A DNA stretch of 63,907 nucleotides, filler included, from Welwitschia mirabilis (lineage: Eukaryota): the NCBI GenBank assembly GCA_051453625.1. It is 5 parts of one record of this genome, joined end to end, with 100 filler letters (N's around TTAATTAATTAA, not from the genome) between each part and the next. Parts side by side here need not be neighbours in the genome. Positions count along the whole stretch, not along the records: positions 1 to 29,252 come from JBOZIK010000001.1; positions 29,353 to 55,781 come from JBOZIK010000001.1; 3 more parts are not named here. One strand, given 5' to 3'. The notes beneath the pieces were generated by a model. The model made no database searches. It saw only the letters and a program-made list of their open reading frames with translations, and had not been told where the DNA came from. Position 1 is the first letter of the stretch. Each line of letters opens with the position of its first letter. Positions 28,801 through 41,200 of the stretch are shown here, piece after piece. Position numbers and translations under genes: made by a program.

Positions 28801-29252
28801 TAGATCTTTTTCTACTGCATTAAAGACTCGTATTAAAAATCATTTGTTTTTAAAGTGAAATTTTATTAATTGAGTTTTAGTATCTATGATGTAATGGACT
28901 ATTGCACAGAAAGCTCTACCTAGAAGTAGGAGATATATATTTTAATTCTTGACTTTTAAAACAATGACATCTATGGGGTAGAAAGCTTCCTCAATCTGAA
29001 TGACCAAGTCCTTTATCGCTCCGAAGGATTTCTTAATAGATGAATCAGCTAACTCCAAGACAATTTCTATAGGTTCTATTCTTTCTTCCAATCCTAAACA
29101 TTTACAAATGTGCAAGGACATGATGTTAACATTGGTTCCTATATCTATCAAGGCTTTCTTAATTCTTCGATTCCCTTATAATATGACACTAACTATTGCT
29201 GCCTCTGAATCTTTAAATTTTGGATACTTCTTGAAAACTAAATTTCTAATGG
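25838..29252 (-). mobile_element. Athila-like element F on the minus strand, internally deleted (PR followed almost directly by the 3'UTR); 5' part cut by a scaffold linker
   Basis: 3' LTR 25838-27183 (gapped), PPT complement TAGCCCCCCACTT at 27184, 3'UTR with the conserved block at 28079-28233, protease ORF 28942-29151 (IDIGTNVNIMSLHICK...ELADSS). Confidence 0.85.
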
Positions 29253-29296
29253 NNNNNNNNNNNNNNNNNNNNNNNNNNNNNNNNNNNNNNNNNNNN

Positions 29297-29308
29297 TTAA
29301 TTAATTAA
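29297..29308. other. Artificial scaffold linker TTAATTAATTAA inside a 100-base N spacer
   Basis: 44 N + TTAATTAATTAA + 44 N; gives stops in all six frames; recurs four times in the window. Confidence 0.95.
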
Positions 29309-29352
29309 NNNNNNNNNNNNNNNNNNNNNNNNNNNNNNNNNNNNNNNNNNNN

Positions 29353-31100
29353 TAGAAAAAGGGCATATGATTCCCTCCTTTAGAAGATTCAAAACTAGAA
29401 CAAAAATGAGCCTAAAGTTAGGCTAAGAAATTTCTATTCCAAAGATAATAAGACTAAAGATTTTCAAAGAAAGGGATGCTATAAATGTGGAGGTCCTTAC
29501 TATGCCAGAAATTGTCCTAGCAAAAGGAATCCAATAGACATAAGGAAGATTTATACATCAACCCCAAATAAAAGAACCTAATATCTGCAATGCAAGATGA
29601 ATCAGGTATTAAAATTTTCTTTCTGTAAAATAATTAGTAAAGCATTAAGCTATTATTTCATTATTAGAAAAGAACTTAGATAGGAGAAGTTTCTAATTAT
29701 TTGGTGATTACAAATAATAATTATAGAAGGAATGACTCTTATAATATAAGTTGCCATCATACAAATAAGTAAAAGAAGTAAAAATATTTACCAATTTCTA
29801 GTTTCAAGGATGAAACTTCTTAAAGAGGTGGAGAAATGTCATGTCCCAAATTTCAATACTTAAGATTAAGGCTAATAATTCATGTTTTTTTAATTTATAA
29901 TAGTATTATTTTGTGCTTTGACTTGTGCATTGCTCATTTTGGAAAAATGTCAATGAGTTGTGGATATGAATTTAAAATTATTTTGAACAAAAATGCTTAA
30001 TATGTAAAGTTATTATTTTTATCAAACTCGCTATCACGTTATGGAATGTTTTACTTACTGCTAATGTCTTATTGTTGTTAATTATGTAAGCTTAATTATT
30101 ATTTATTATTTTACCAATGACCAGATAAGGTAATGGAAATTTCCACCATATAACTACCCTTATTCATAATATTTTATCCTCATATGCAAGGAATTTTTAC
30201 CAACTTTCATTTGTCTTCATATGTAAGGAATATTTATTAACTTTTATTTGTTCTCATATTTTTATAACTCTTTACATTCCAACAAATCTCAATTATAAAT
30301 AGAACTCTCCTCTTTTTGCCTCACTTTCAATTTTGGAGAACCGTTTGCTATTGAGTCTTGGAGCTTGAAAAAGCCTTGAAGACTTACAAAGATCTTGAGT
30401 TATTCTTAAAAATCAATATGGTTCTATGGTTTTCATTAATCTCTTGTATGGTTTCATGGTCTTTCATCTTTATTTTTGTATGGTTTTTATAGTGTTATTG
30501 ATATATTTTTGGTTCATGCAAATTTGTATATCTCTTATATGTCCTAAATGACTCCTATTGACATAGGAATGATCTAGTAGATAATGAGTAGTTGACACCC
30601 AATGATGGAGCATACTGTTCATACTGTTCATAATGTTTATCATGATATCTGGATATTTTACCTCAACTTTTATGTTGATGTGGGGTTTTGGTCAATTAAT
30701 ACTTTATGGATTCCTTCCTATTCGCAAAACCCTTACTTTAAACCTTGCCATGGACCATACTAGGAACTGTGGAGGTATAGTTCTCACGCCATGTTTGCAT
30801 GTGCAGGATCTAGTATGAGGATGGCCTTTGGATGAGTTAGACACTGCTGTTGAATGAAGAGTTAAGTTCATACTTAATGTCTAAATTCATGTATTTGGTG
30901 AAGGACCCTAGATAATATAATTATAATGTGAATGTGGTTAATATATTTGAATTTATTATAAGCAATGTTATGGATATAATTTGTAAGAATTACAAGTGCT
31001 TCTCCTCTAATGTAAAGCTTTTTTTATGTCAAATAGTGAGTTTCTCAAATTAATATATAGATATTATAGATAACTCTTATGTTAATTAAACCATTAATTA
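29353..31100 (+). mobile_element. Chromovirus (Tekay-like) gypsy relic: gag zinc knuckle, PPT and LTR start; LTR end not defined
   Basis: GCYKCGGPYYARNCP at 29474-29518 (CCHC with H>Y). TTTCAAGGATGAAACTTCTTAAAGAGGTGGAGAAA followed by TGTCATGTCCC (29837) resembles the Tekay PPT/LTR junction. Confidence 0.6.
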
Positions 31101-33624
31101 ACATGTATGATATAACTTACTTAGATACCTAAATATATTAAAATTTGAAGGCAAATGCATGAATTCATAATTTACAAGGGTCATTATCATTTAATAGGAA
31201 ATATTAGAAAAGGGGTGGGAATAATTAATAAAAGGCTTCCATTTGAGCTTTGGACAGCTAGGTTAATGTAGGCCAAGTTCTATAATAAGGAGGTATGAGA
31301 ATTACCATTTCAATATGGCATCCATTACAAATGAGGTAATTAGCACTCAAACAAAATGTTAAATTAATAATAAAATTACCAAATGTTATTACAAAGACTT
31401 GAACCATTGACCTTATACTCTACTTCTTTCTTTCTAAACCATTACACCAGCTAACTGAAGCTATATAAGAGGTGTTATAATACCTTTAATGCATAGCATT
31501 TAAATAAAAGAATGAATAGATTTTAAATAAACCACTGTCCACTTCATTGATTCTCTCTTTTCTTTCCATCATGCTAGGGGCTCAAGCAATAAACAAAGAC
31601 ATTAGAAAATCATTACTGAATAATCGTTTCCATGGTATGCATTTCATCTTCCACACATTTCTTTTCCTCCCATGCTCTGAGCTTCTCTTGCTTGCATACA
31701 TCACATCGCTGCGTCTCTAAAGCCTATCCCTTCACCATGCTATTACTTACCTGAGCATAGAACTGAGTTTTTCCACTTTTGTAGCCACTTGAACTATTAA
31801 TCTACATCCTGCCTCTCACCCAAAGTTGTTGCTCGTCTCCTCTTATGATTAAGACAAGCCTCATCATGCCATTTAACTCTCTATTTACCTTTCCAATACG
31901 CTTCTTCTAGGTGTCTTTGCCTCCTCCAATGTGCCTCTTTTCTTACCATGCAATGCCTTCTTCTGCTCAGTACAGCATTATTCCTCATTACTGTCCTCTA
32001 GTGCTTCTCTTTCAATAGTGAATCCCTCATGGGTCTCCTCGTCTATGAGACTCCTCTGGTTCACTTGTTCCTGTAATCTACTACATTACACCATTTCTTA
32101 CCTTTCTTCACCATTTCACTTTGAAGATTGAGCTATAATAGAGGGCTATTTTATTTTATGTAGTGCACCATTGAAAATGCTTCATCCCTCTTCCTTCAAC
32201 ACCTTGAATCTCCTTCCATTCCATCGGCTACTCTAGACTTGAAACTAGAAATTTAATTGATCCTTTTTCAAATTTAAAAGAAATGTATTTAAATGCATTT
32301 ATTTGAGAATGAAGTAAATCTCCTACACAAGCACTTAGTTTTGGCATTTTCTCTTGAATTTTCACCAAAGCTTGAGTCTTGTCATTACCCTTTCCCTTAG
32401 TATGCTTAAATAATAATGCCAAACCATAATTTTGAGGCATCCGAGCATACAAATATCATATCTCTTGAAGTAATATTGTCATAAAGAGTGTTTCTAATGA
32501 AGAAGTTTTCTAATGAAATAATCTTGACGCGATTGTATGATTTGTCCTTCTCCAACCCAGATGCATCTTCTTCAGGAGTTCACCGTTCATCTACAAATTC
32601 ATTAGCAAACCTTCTTTTTCACTGTAGATTGTGTTAAAGCCTATGTTTTCAAAGGTACTTTGAATCTTATGAGCAATGCCTCTTATTAAAGACTCAAATC
32701 AAAAAAATTTTTGCATCTGCAATTGAATCGCCACTTTTGCACAAGCCCTTCCCTCACTAATATGACTTTTATGCTTTTCGTCTTCACTGTCTCTCATTCT
32801 TAAATTTTTCTACTTAGATCCTTACGTTGCTACTGAAACAACATCTTTTCATGAAAATGCCATCATCTTGAAGCAAATAATCCTCTCTCGCATAGCACAC
32901 CTTTATTGCTTGTAAGTTAATGGCCTATTCTCTTGGATGTCTTGCTTTCTTATAGCTTTTTCTTTAGATTAAAATATTAGTGCACTTGCTTTTTAGAAAA
33001 GTTTATTCATACGAGAGCCCAAGTTTGAGTCTCAGTGGAAGTCTAAATATCCTCTTTATAAGAATATTATTTATTAATTTATACAGCCTTGCAACATGCA
33101 TGGCTGTAATGAATTTATGAAAGAACTATTTAGTAAGCATCAATTGGTAATTTACAAAAAGGCAAATATTATTATATTTAGTTTATCATGCCCTTTTTAT
33201 TGGGTTTATTCAACATTTGTATTAGTCCTCTTCTTTACAATATATTTCATATGGTTAAGATAGCTAGAACTTACTAGCTAAAATTTTATATTAAAGTTAG
33301 TGTATTTCTTCTTCTTCTTATACTTCTAGATCAATAGACAAGTTTCATCATTGATTCTCTTCACCTCAAAACTTTACCAACATATGGAAGTATATTTAAA
33401 TATTTAACCATAATAGTATTATTTGAAGTTTCTAGTTGGTATCATTAAAATAATTATATATTTTAGGTCTCGCTTATTGGCTTAAAAGCTAGATGAAGTT
33501 TTAATGTTTTTAACTCTTAAAAATTTTACTTTTGGGCTCAAGAGTATTTTATTTAGATGATGAACTTTATAAATTTATTATTAAAGTACCAACTTTTAAA
33601 AGTTTTACATTGATGAAACCTTTG

Positions 33625-33935
33625 AGGACATTTCATTCGATATCAGAGCTATTAAGTTTTAAGTTTTTCGCTTGTAGATTAACAGGTCATTTTATTTTGG
33701 TATCATAGCATAGAGTGAAGTTTTTCAATTATTGAAATTTTATACCATTATATTTTTGGGTCTCAGAGCAAGTTAAATTCTTCAATTATAGAAGTCTGGG
33801 TTATTTCATTTTGGGTTACAGAGCGTTAAAGTTTTTGAAGATTTCCAACTATAGAATTTTCAGGCCTTTACATTTTGGTATTAGATCATAAAGTTTGTAA
33901 AGATTTTTAACTATAGAAATTTTGGTCATCTCATC
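33625..33935 (+). repeat. Tandem array of ~5 units of ~55-65 bp, each with a tRNA-iMet PBS-like motif
   Basis: Variants of TTTTGGTATCAGAGC: ttcgatatcagagc, ttttggtatcatagc, tttgggtctcagagc, tttgggttacagagc, ttttggtattagatc. Confidence 0.7.
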
Positions 33936-34398
33936 TAAGGTCAAGGCCTCTCACACTACAAAAATTCTTTACCTTCTGCATTGTCTTAACTCTTACACTT
34001 GACACATAAAGGCTAGTCTCATCAGTAATGGTACTCTAGTTGCTAATACTTCTAAAAGTCAGAGTGACTACCTTCTGAAGAATTTGAGTCTAATTGAATC
34101 TTGTGATTTTATCATTCTTGCTATCCTCCCTATCCTTGATTTCATAAAAAAGGAGGAGAACACATTTTAATTTTTTGTCTTATATAAGCATTAATGTAAA
34201 ATGTACTTCTTATTTTGTAATTTAACTCTTTTGGTTAATACAACTTCTTTTCTCTACTAAAAATCTCTTTGGTCTACATAAATTTTTCTTTCTTATTAAA
34301 CTTATATAAATTTTACTTGATTACAAATTTATTTGATTAATGGGGAGTCTTACATATCCACTTAATGTTTTTCCTCAATCAATGACAAAATGGAAGTT

Positions 34399-35614
34399 TG
34401 TTGAGAACTTATTATCATTGATCAAATTAATGAGTTTTTGTGGATTTAGTCATTGTGCAGAGACTTTATAGCACTAGGAAATCAATATATAAAACTGGAC
34501 GACTAGATTGTTAATAATGTAAAAACTACTTCAGGTTCAAGTGATCGAGATTCAAAGTCAGGGCGAGCAAACTATTAATCAGAAAGAAGACCAGTTCTAA
34601 CACAGGAAATCGTGCATGTTGCCTAGGCTACTAAGTTCTAAAACTATAATAAACTAAGATAAAAGTGAACAATCAATCATAGTAAAAAGCATGTTCACAT
34701 TAAAATCTGTAATGTTTAGTCTACTTACACTAAGGAAAACCAAATAGTTAATCAAGGGTAACTGCATACTACCCCTAATTAATCTTAATAAGGTCAATGA
34801 TGTATTAATGAAGGACAACTTAAATGAAGTTGATCGCATAATTGCTTAAGGGTAACTAAAAGTTCATCTACATCAGACTAATAAATCTATGTCAAGCAAG
34901 GGCAACCAAACGAATGAACTTTAGATGACCAAATGTTCCTGTTTAAACTTGTAATAAATATGACTCAAACAAGAGCAACTAGATTAAATAAAGAAGGGAA
35001 ATTGAATACTAGGATGACTAAGACTATCATGAGGTTAACCTAACATATTACAAACATAACCATTATATTTTTGCAGTTCATTCAAAAAGTGTAAAATATT
35101 CTACAACATTCTGCTTCTTTGCTCTTAACAGTTACCTTTTGTGATTTTTTATTTAAGTACCCTTCCACTAAAATGAAGGATAACTTTTTTAAAAGCATAG
35201 AAAAAAGAAACTATTACATCAATTATTCTGTACCTAAATGAATATGAGTTTAGATTTCTGTTTGAGATTCTTCTTACACCATATCTTGTGAGAGCTTGTT
35301 GTACTACTTATTCTTGTGGAGCATAGTTATGCATTTGTGCACCTAGTTTACTTTCTTTTCATCATGGTTATGGATTAGTTCAAAAATCCTCTAGTGATTA
35401 AATAGTTTTATGATAAGCCTAAAAACCATTATTTGAGGTTAATATATTCTAGTCAGAGATAAGTGATCTAAGGGCTTAAGGATGATGTCTATTCACCATT
35501 AAAATATTTTGTGCTTTTGTTGATACACTTGATTTTTGTTTGCACGTTATTAAAGAGGATACATTTTATATTATAACCTATTCACACCCATCTATGATTG
35601 ATCTATGATTATCA
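34399..35614 (+). repeat. Probable Copia/SIRE-type LTR relic
   Basis: Decayed PPT then TGTTGAG start; ends CCTATTCACACCCATCTA...ATCA, resembling the SIRE U5 motif ATTCACCCCCCTCT. Confidence 0.45.
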
Positions 35615-35949
35615 ATTTCTAATATTAAATTAATATGTATTAATAATGAAATAATGAAAAGTTAATTCTTGTGTTAAAACTAAAAAGATATAAATCATAT
35701 CACTAAAGAAGAATAGAGTAAAATAAACTCCTTAACTAACCTTGGAATAATCTATCATTAAGAAAGATGACTAGAATAACATGATGGTCAAATTCCCTAA
35801 GTCTTTTCTTACATTATGTTAATCAAAAGATACATTACAAAGAAGGCTCAAGATCCTTTCATAAATAATAAAAGGCTTATTGAGCTTTATTGTGATCTAC
35901 TAAATGGGTAGTTACATAAGCAAGATTACATTAGGGCTATTGCTTAAGG

Positions 35950-36363
35950 AAGAAATTATTATTAGATTATGTATTATTGATTGATATCAAATGAATGTTT
36001 TTTGTGAAGTAAAATTTATGTGTCTTTGTGAAAAAAATATTGGTCACTTGCAAGTCATAAGCTAAAGATATAAATGTCAAATTTTAATCCTGAAACCTGT
36101 CAAGTTCTCTTATGCTCTTGAGGGATTGACTAGACTTCTTAGGAGTTTACTGCATATGGAGTGAACTCTCAAAATTAAACTATATTTAAAGTGGTCGATT
36201 AGAGTTCTGAGGAATCAACTGGACCTATGAACCTGAGAACCAATACCCCTGAATTGATCATCAAGGGGTTGACTATACCTATGAGGAGTCAACTGGACCT
36301 AAGCACTATCCATTTGATATACCTAAACTGATCATCAAGGGGTGGACTAGATATTTGATGGGT
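35950..36363 (+). repeat. Left part of a second SIRE-like LTR, split by the gypsy insertion
   Basis: Repeated decayed GGGTCGACTGGACC motifs (36120-36355); the same motif array resumes at 55180-55405. Confidence 0.5.
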
Positions 36364-37723
36364 TTTTACGATGCCAATTTGTAGGAATTTGATGGTGTAT
36401 TTTGAGTACCTTTACAGAACATTCACATAGGTTATGATGCAATACTAACAACTATGGATATCTTATAAGATGATTAATAAAACATGTAATCCTTGGCATT
36501 TTTAGCAATTTCTCAGGCCTATTATAATACTACATATTTGGAAGAAGGACCTTATGATGCAAAACGCTAACTTACCTTGGAGATGGAAGAAAAGAAAGAC
36601 CATCATCCCCTTTGTCATCCACATGATAGGTAGGACGATAGCACTACTAACGTGGATAGAGGCTATGGGACTAACAGTAGTATATGGAGCACAAAGAGAC
36701 ATGTGACATTATCTTTTACATCTTCCACATGAAAAGAAAGACCATGGTACTAACATGGACAAAAAATCTGTGAGGTTGACAGCATCACATGGGGCACATA
36801 GAGGTAGGTGGCAGATGGTGTTATCCCACTTATCGTCCTCAGACAGTCCGAATGACAACTATTTTTACATGTTTGGAATAAATATCCTCTTAAATGGGGT
36901 TAAATAACTCATGTGAGTTGTTAGGATTTTTGTTTCCTACCTTTAGGGTTTTACTTCTAAAACCTTAAATGAAAAACTATAAATATCCTTCCCCTCCTTT
37001 ATTTCTACTCCATCTTTTGTACTTGATACTTGTAATGGAGGATTAAAAGAAAAGAGATCCATCTAGTACTATAAAAAGGAGTCTCCTTAGTGCTAGGATG
37101 ATTTTCTTCCATTGAGGTGCTGTAATTCTGATTGTAAGTGGATGTTATGTTCTAAATACTCTTTTGAGTTAATACAATTTCTTCTTTTCATTCTAATGCT
37201 TTGAAGTCCTTATGATTTAAGTTGATCATAGTTAAGTAATAACCTGTGACTTATTTAGATCATATGGGCAACCTTTATTAAGGTTGACCTTGGTTAGTAG
37301 TAGATTTGCATTGCATTTTCATTTCATTCCATATTACATTTCTTATCTTACTTGGATAGATCTCATAGTTTATATTGATTACGAACTAGTCGATACTCTT
37401 CTTAATTGATATAAGTTATCAAGAAGTAAGTTCTTGTGATAGAAAGACTAGGATCTAAGTAGAGTTTATTTCCATTTCTATTCACTACATTTCATATTCA
37501 TCATCTTGCATTTCATTTACTTGTTTATTTCCTTCTAGTTTTTATAAGATAAAAGTCTAAAAATACTTTGAGAAATCAATTCTCTGACTTTTAGCCTAGT
37601 GCCTTTATTGAATTATAACATTTGGGTGAACTCCTATCTATACTTGAGTGTGTTTTCTATAAGTTATTCAATTTATAGGTTTTTCTAAAGGACTTCAGAA
37701 GTGCATAAATTCACACCACAATA
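36364..37723 (+). repeat. 5' LTR of copy C (~1.36 kb)
   Basis: Colinear with 53869-55179 and 60595-61856; ends TTCACACCACAATA before the PBS; TATAAAT near 36978. Confidence 0.88.
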
Positions 37724-38268
37724 TTTTGATGCTATTGCTAGGAAAGGCTACAAGGAACTAAAAGAATTATCACTAACTAAATAAGTATCTTGAATCCTCT
37801 CTTTAGGTTATTTATCCAAATTAGTGCTGTATTTTTTTAAGCTTAGGTTAAAGCAGGTTTATTTCTATAAACTTTATTTTTTGTAATTTTTCTTAGCAAT
37901 CTTGTCATTTTCTCTATCGTTCCAATGACATAGGAAATAACAGTTTAGAATTTTTGAAATTAGCTTTTGTTTTTTTAAAATTTATCTCTATTTTTCTTCA
38001 TAACAAAGTGTCATTTTATCTGTCATCTTCACAACTAGAAGGATGATAGTCCTAAAATTTTTCCACATTTTCAATATTTTCTTTTTTACAAAATAAATAT
38101 ATTATCATCCTTCCTATCATTTCCATGATGGTCTAGATTATAGTCTCATAATTTTTGGTAGTTTTAGATTTTTGTTACTATGATCATCATCCTTCCTGTC
38201 GTGGGGACAACAAGGCAGACGACGGTCTGCTATTTTTAATTTTAGCTCTTTTTATTAGTTATTTGAGC

Positions 38269-41200
38269 ATGCAAGGATATGGTAAATTCTGGTAAGAAGA
38301 TAAAATATTAGAAAGAATAAAATCTAATTGAAGAAAATATTAGAAAAGGATTATTAGACTTTAAGCTAAATCTAGGTATGCATACCCCAGGTATGTAAAT
38401 TTCCAGAATTAAAGAGGAAGATTTCTTTACTTTTATTATTTTATAACCAGATTTTGCAAAAGAAAATTATAGTGTAGAAGTTAATCATATTATTTCTTCG
38501 AATATGTCAGATGTATGGGAAGCATCACACAAACAAAAGTAAGTTGCTTCATTTAATACCCCAATCATGATAGGAATTTCTTCCTTGAATGTAAACATTA
38601 CTCTTAGGGATTTAATTGCTAATAGCAAATATGAAATTTAAAATCCTTTTGGTTTACCTCTTAGAGATGATGTAGAATTAAGAAATTTAAGTGCTTATCC
38701 AAAGTTTTTGGGGAATCAGAGAAGATCCTTTTCAACATTTGGCTGACATTGAGTAACTTGTGCTTACTTCAGGAAATGGAAAAAAAATGTATTAGTGACC
38801 ATACTTACATGATTATCTTTCCAGTCACACTTAGAAGAAGAGAAAAATTTTGGCTTAAAACCATCACACATAAAAGCCTTGAATCTTGGATTCAAGTGCA
38901 AGAAGTGTTTATTAAAATATTTTTGAGTAAGAGTTCTATGAGAAAGAGAAGAAAAGAAGTAATCAACTTCCAACAACAAACTCAGGAGGATTATGCAATA
39001 GCTATAAACATTATATAATCACTAGCCATTCTAATCCTATTGATGAATTTTGTAAAGAAGAGGTAGTAGATTATTTTTATAGTGGATTGAATGCTTCAAT
39101 AAAATAACTTATAGATTTTTCTTATGGAGGCAACTTGTTGAATTTAGGCCTAGATGATGCTTGGAGTACGCTAGAAAATCTAGTAGAAATAAGTTAAACT
39201 TGGCCTAAACCCATTAAAGAAAATTACACTATATGATAAATTATGAAAGATTTAAAAGAAGTGAAGCATGACAAGGAAGAAGGAAGGGAGGACTGAACCA
39301 GGATTTTACCACTACTTTGAAGAAGTATACCCAAATGATAGTTGATGCCAAAGTAGTAAGGAATAAAACCTTAACTTCAAATTATGAAATTTGTGAAGAT
39401 GACTCTCATTCTATAGAAGAATACCCTTTATTACCAACTTGTAAAGAAAATATGTTTGACGAAGTATGTGCCTTCAACCAAAGAGTACCTAACCTTAAGA
39501 ACCAATCACAATTCCAACAAAGATCAAATGGGCAATCTCAATTAAAACCATTTGAAAATAGATTTAAGAATTCCAAATTTTAACTAAATTTTCAACAAAA
39601 TCTGAATGATCCCCTTGAACAATCCATAGAAGAGATGAGAAAAGTACAAGGAAAAACTAATAGCAACATTGAGAACCTAGTAAATGTACTTTAATAGACA
39701 ATGCTTACCAATCAAAGACCATAAGTGTATTTTTTGCTTCTCAACCAATGCCCACCCTAAATGAAGTTAGAAGAGATTTAAAAGTAGCAACAAGAAGTGG
39801 AAAGGATACAACGCCTCCTACCTATGAGGTTTTAACTTCTAAACAAAATAATGAAACAAATGAGAAAGATGATGTAAAAATTTTAGAATCTTACAACCTT
39901 TCATCTACATCACCTATTAAGGCCTCCACTAAAAATAATTCAAAGGAGAACAAAGAAAATAAATCATCTACCCCTTGGCTTGATAGATTATATACAAATC
40001 CTACCTTTGATAAATATCTAAAAGACTTGATGCAAGAAGTCAACATCAACCTATCCTTTTGGAAACCCTTGCAAGAAAATCCTAAATATTCTAAGTTATA
40101 GAAAGATTTAGTAAGAAGAAAATAAAAAAATATCATTCCTAGCAAAGTTTTTCTTGTTTAATCTCTTTCCAACTTAGTCATGTAAAAATGTCTTAAATTC
40201 AAAGACCTAGGAGCTATAACTATGAGCGTTATCTTAAAAGGAAATAAAAGAATCCAAAAGGCTTTGATTGACATAGGTGTAAGTGTAAACATCATGCCTC
40301 TTCACATATGTAAAAGACTTGGATTAGAAAATAGGGTCGAACCTACATCTATCATCTTAGAATTAGCTGATACCTTAATAAAGAGACCCTTAGGAATTAT
40401 AAAAGACCTAGTTATCCAAATTGAAGAAGCTTTTTATCTCATTGACATTATCATAATTGAGATAGAACATGATGGAGGATATCCACTACTCTTAGGAAGA
40501 ACATCTTATGAAACTGCCCATTATATCATTGACACCTAATCTGATATGATGAGATGCCATTTTGACAATAAAGAAATTATCATTAGAGTCTTTGATGTTA
40601 CCAATCTTGTTTTTAAAAAATCAACCAATAGAAGAGAGATTAATTATGCTACATGAATCAACTTTATATGATGACCCAATTAAAACAAATTATCTTGAGT
40701 CTAAGGATGAAGAACACAAAGAATAGAAAGAAGTTCAACATCTTTACTCAATAGAAAAACTTTTTGAAGAGTATTGTCCCATGTCTGTCATCCATACAAT
40801 AGATGGGACAACAGCCCAACCTATCATCCATGATCTTAAGAAATTACTCTAAGGCCTAAAATATATTTTTCTTTCTAGAAATTAAATAAAACCCTTGATA
40901 ATTAGTGATCTTATCACTCCTCAACAAGAATCCAATTTGATCTCACTCTTAAAATCAAAGAAAAATGCCTTTGCTTGGATACATAAAGACCCAGATGCCA
41001 TTCCTCTTTTCATAGTGTAACATAAAATCTATTTTAAAAATAATGCTAAACTTATTAGGAAACCCCAAAGAAGACTAAATTTAGTTCTTAAATAAATCAT
41101 CAAAGATGAAATCATGAAACTTATAAATGTTAGAATTATATATGATGTAGCTGATAGTGAGTGGGTTAGTTCTTTAACAGTAGTTCCCCAGAAAGAGGGG

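Noticed and set aside
33625-33935. CRISPR-like or tRNA-gene reading of the repeat arrays (also 20118-20460, 63190-63420)
   Set aside because: Degenerate tandem units without unique spacers, no cas genes, no cloverleaf, and a plant TE context.
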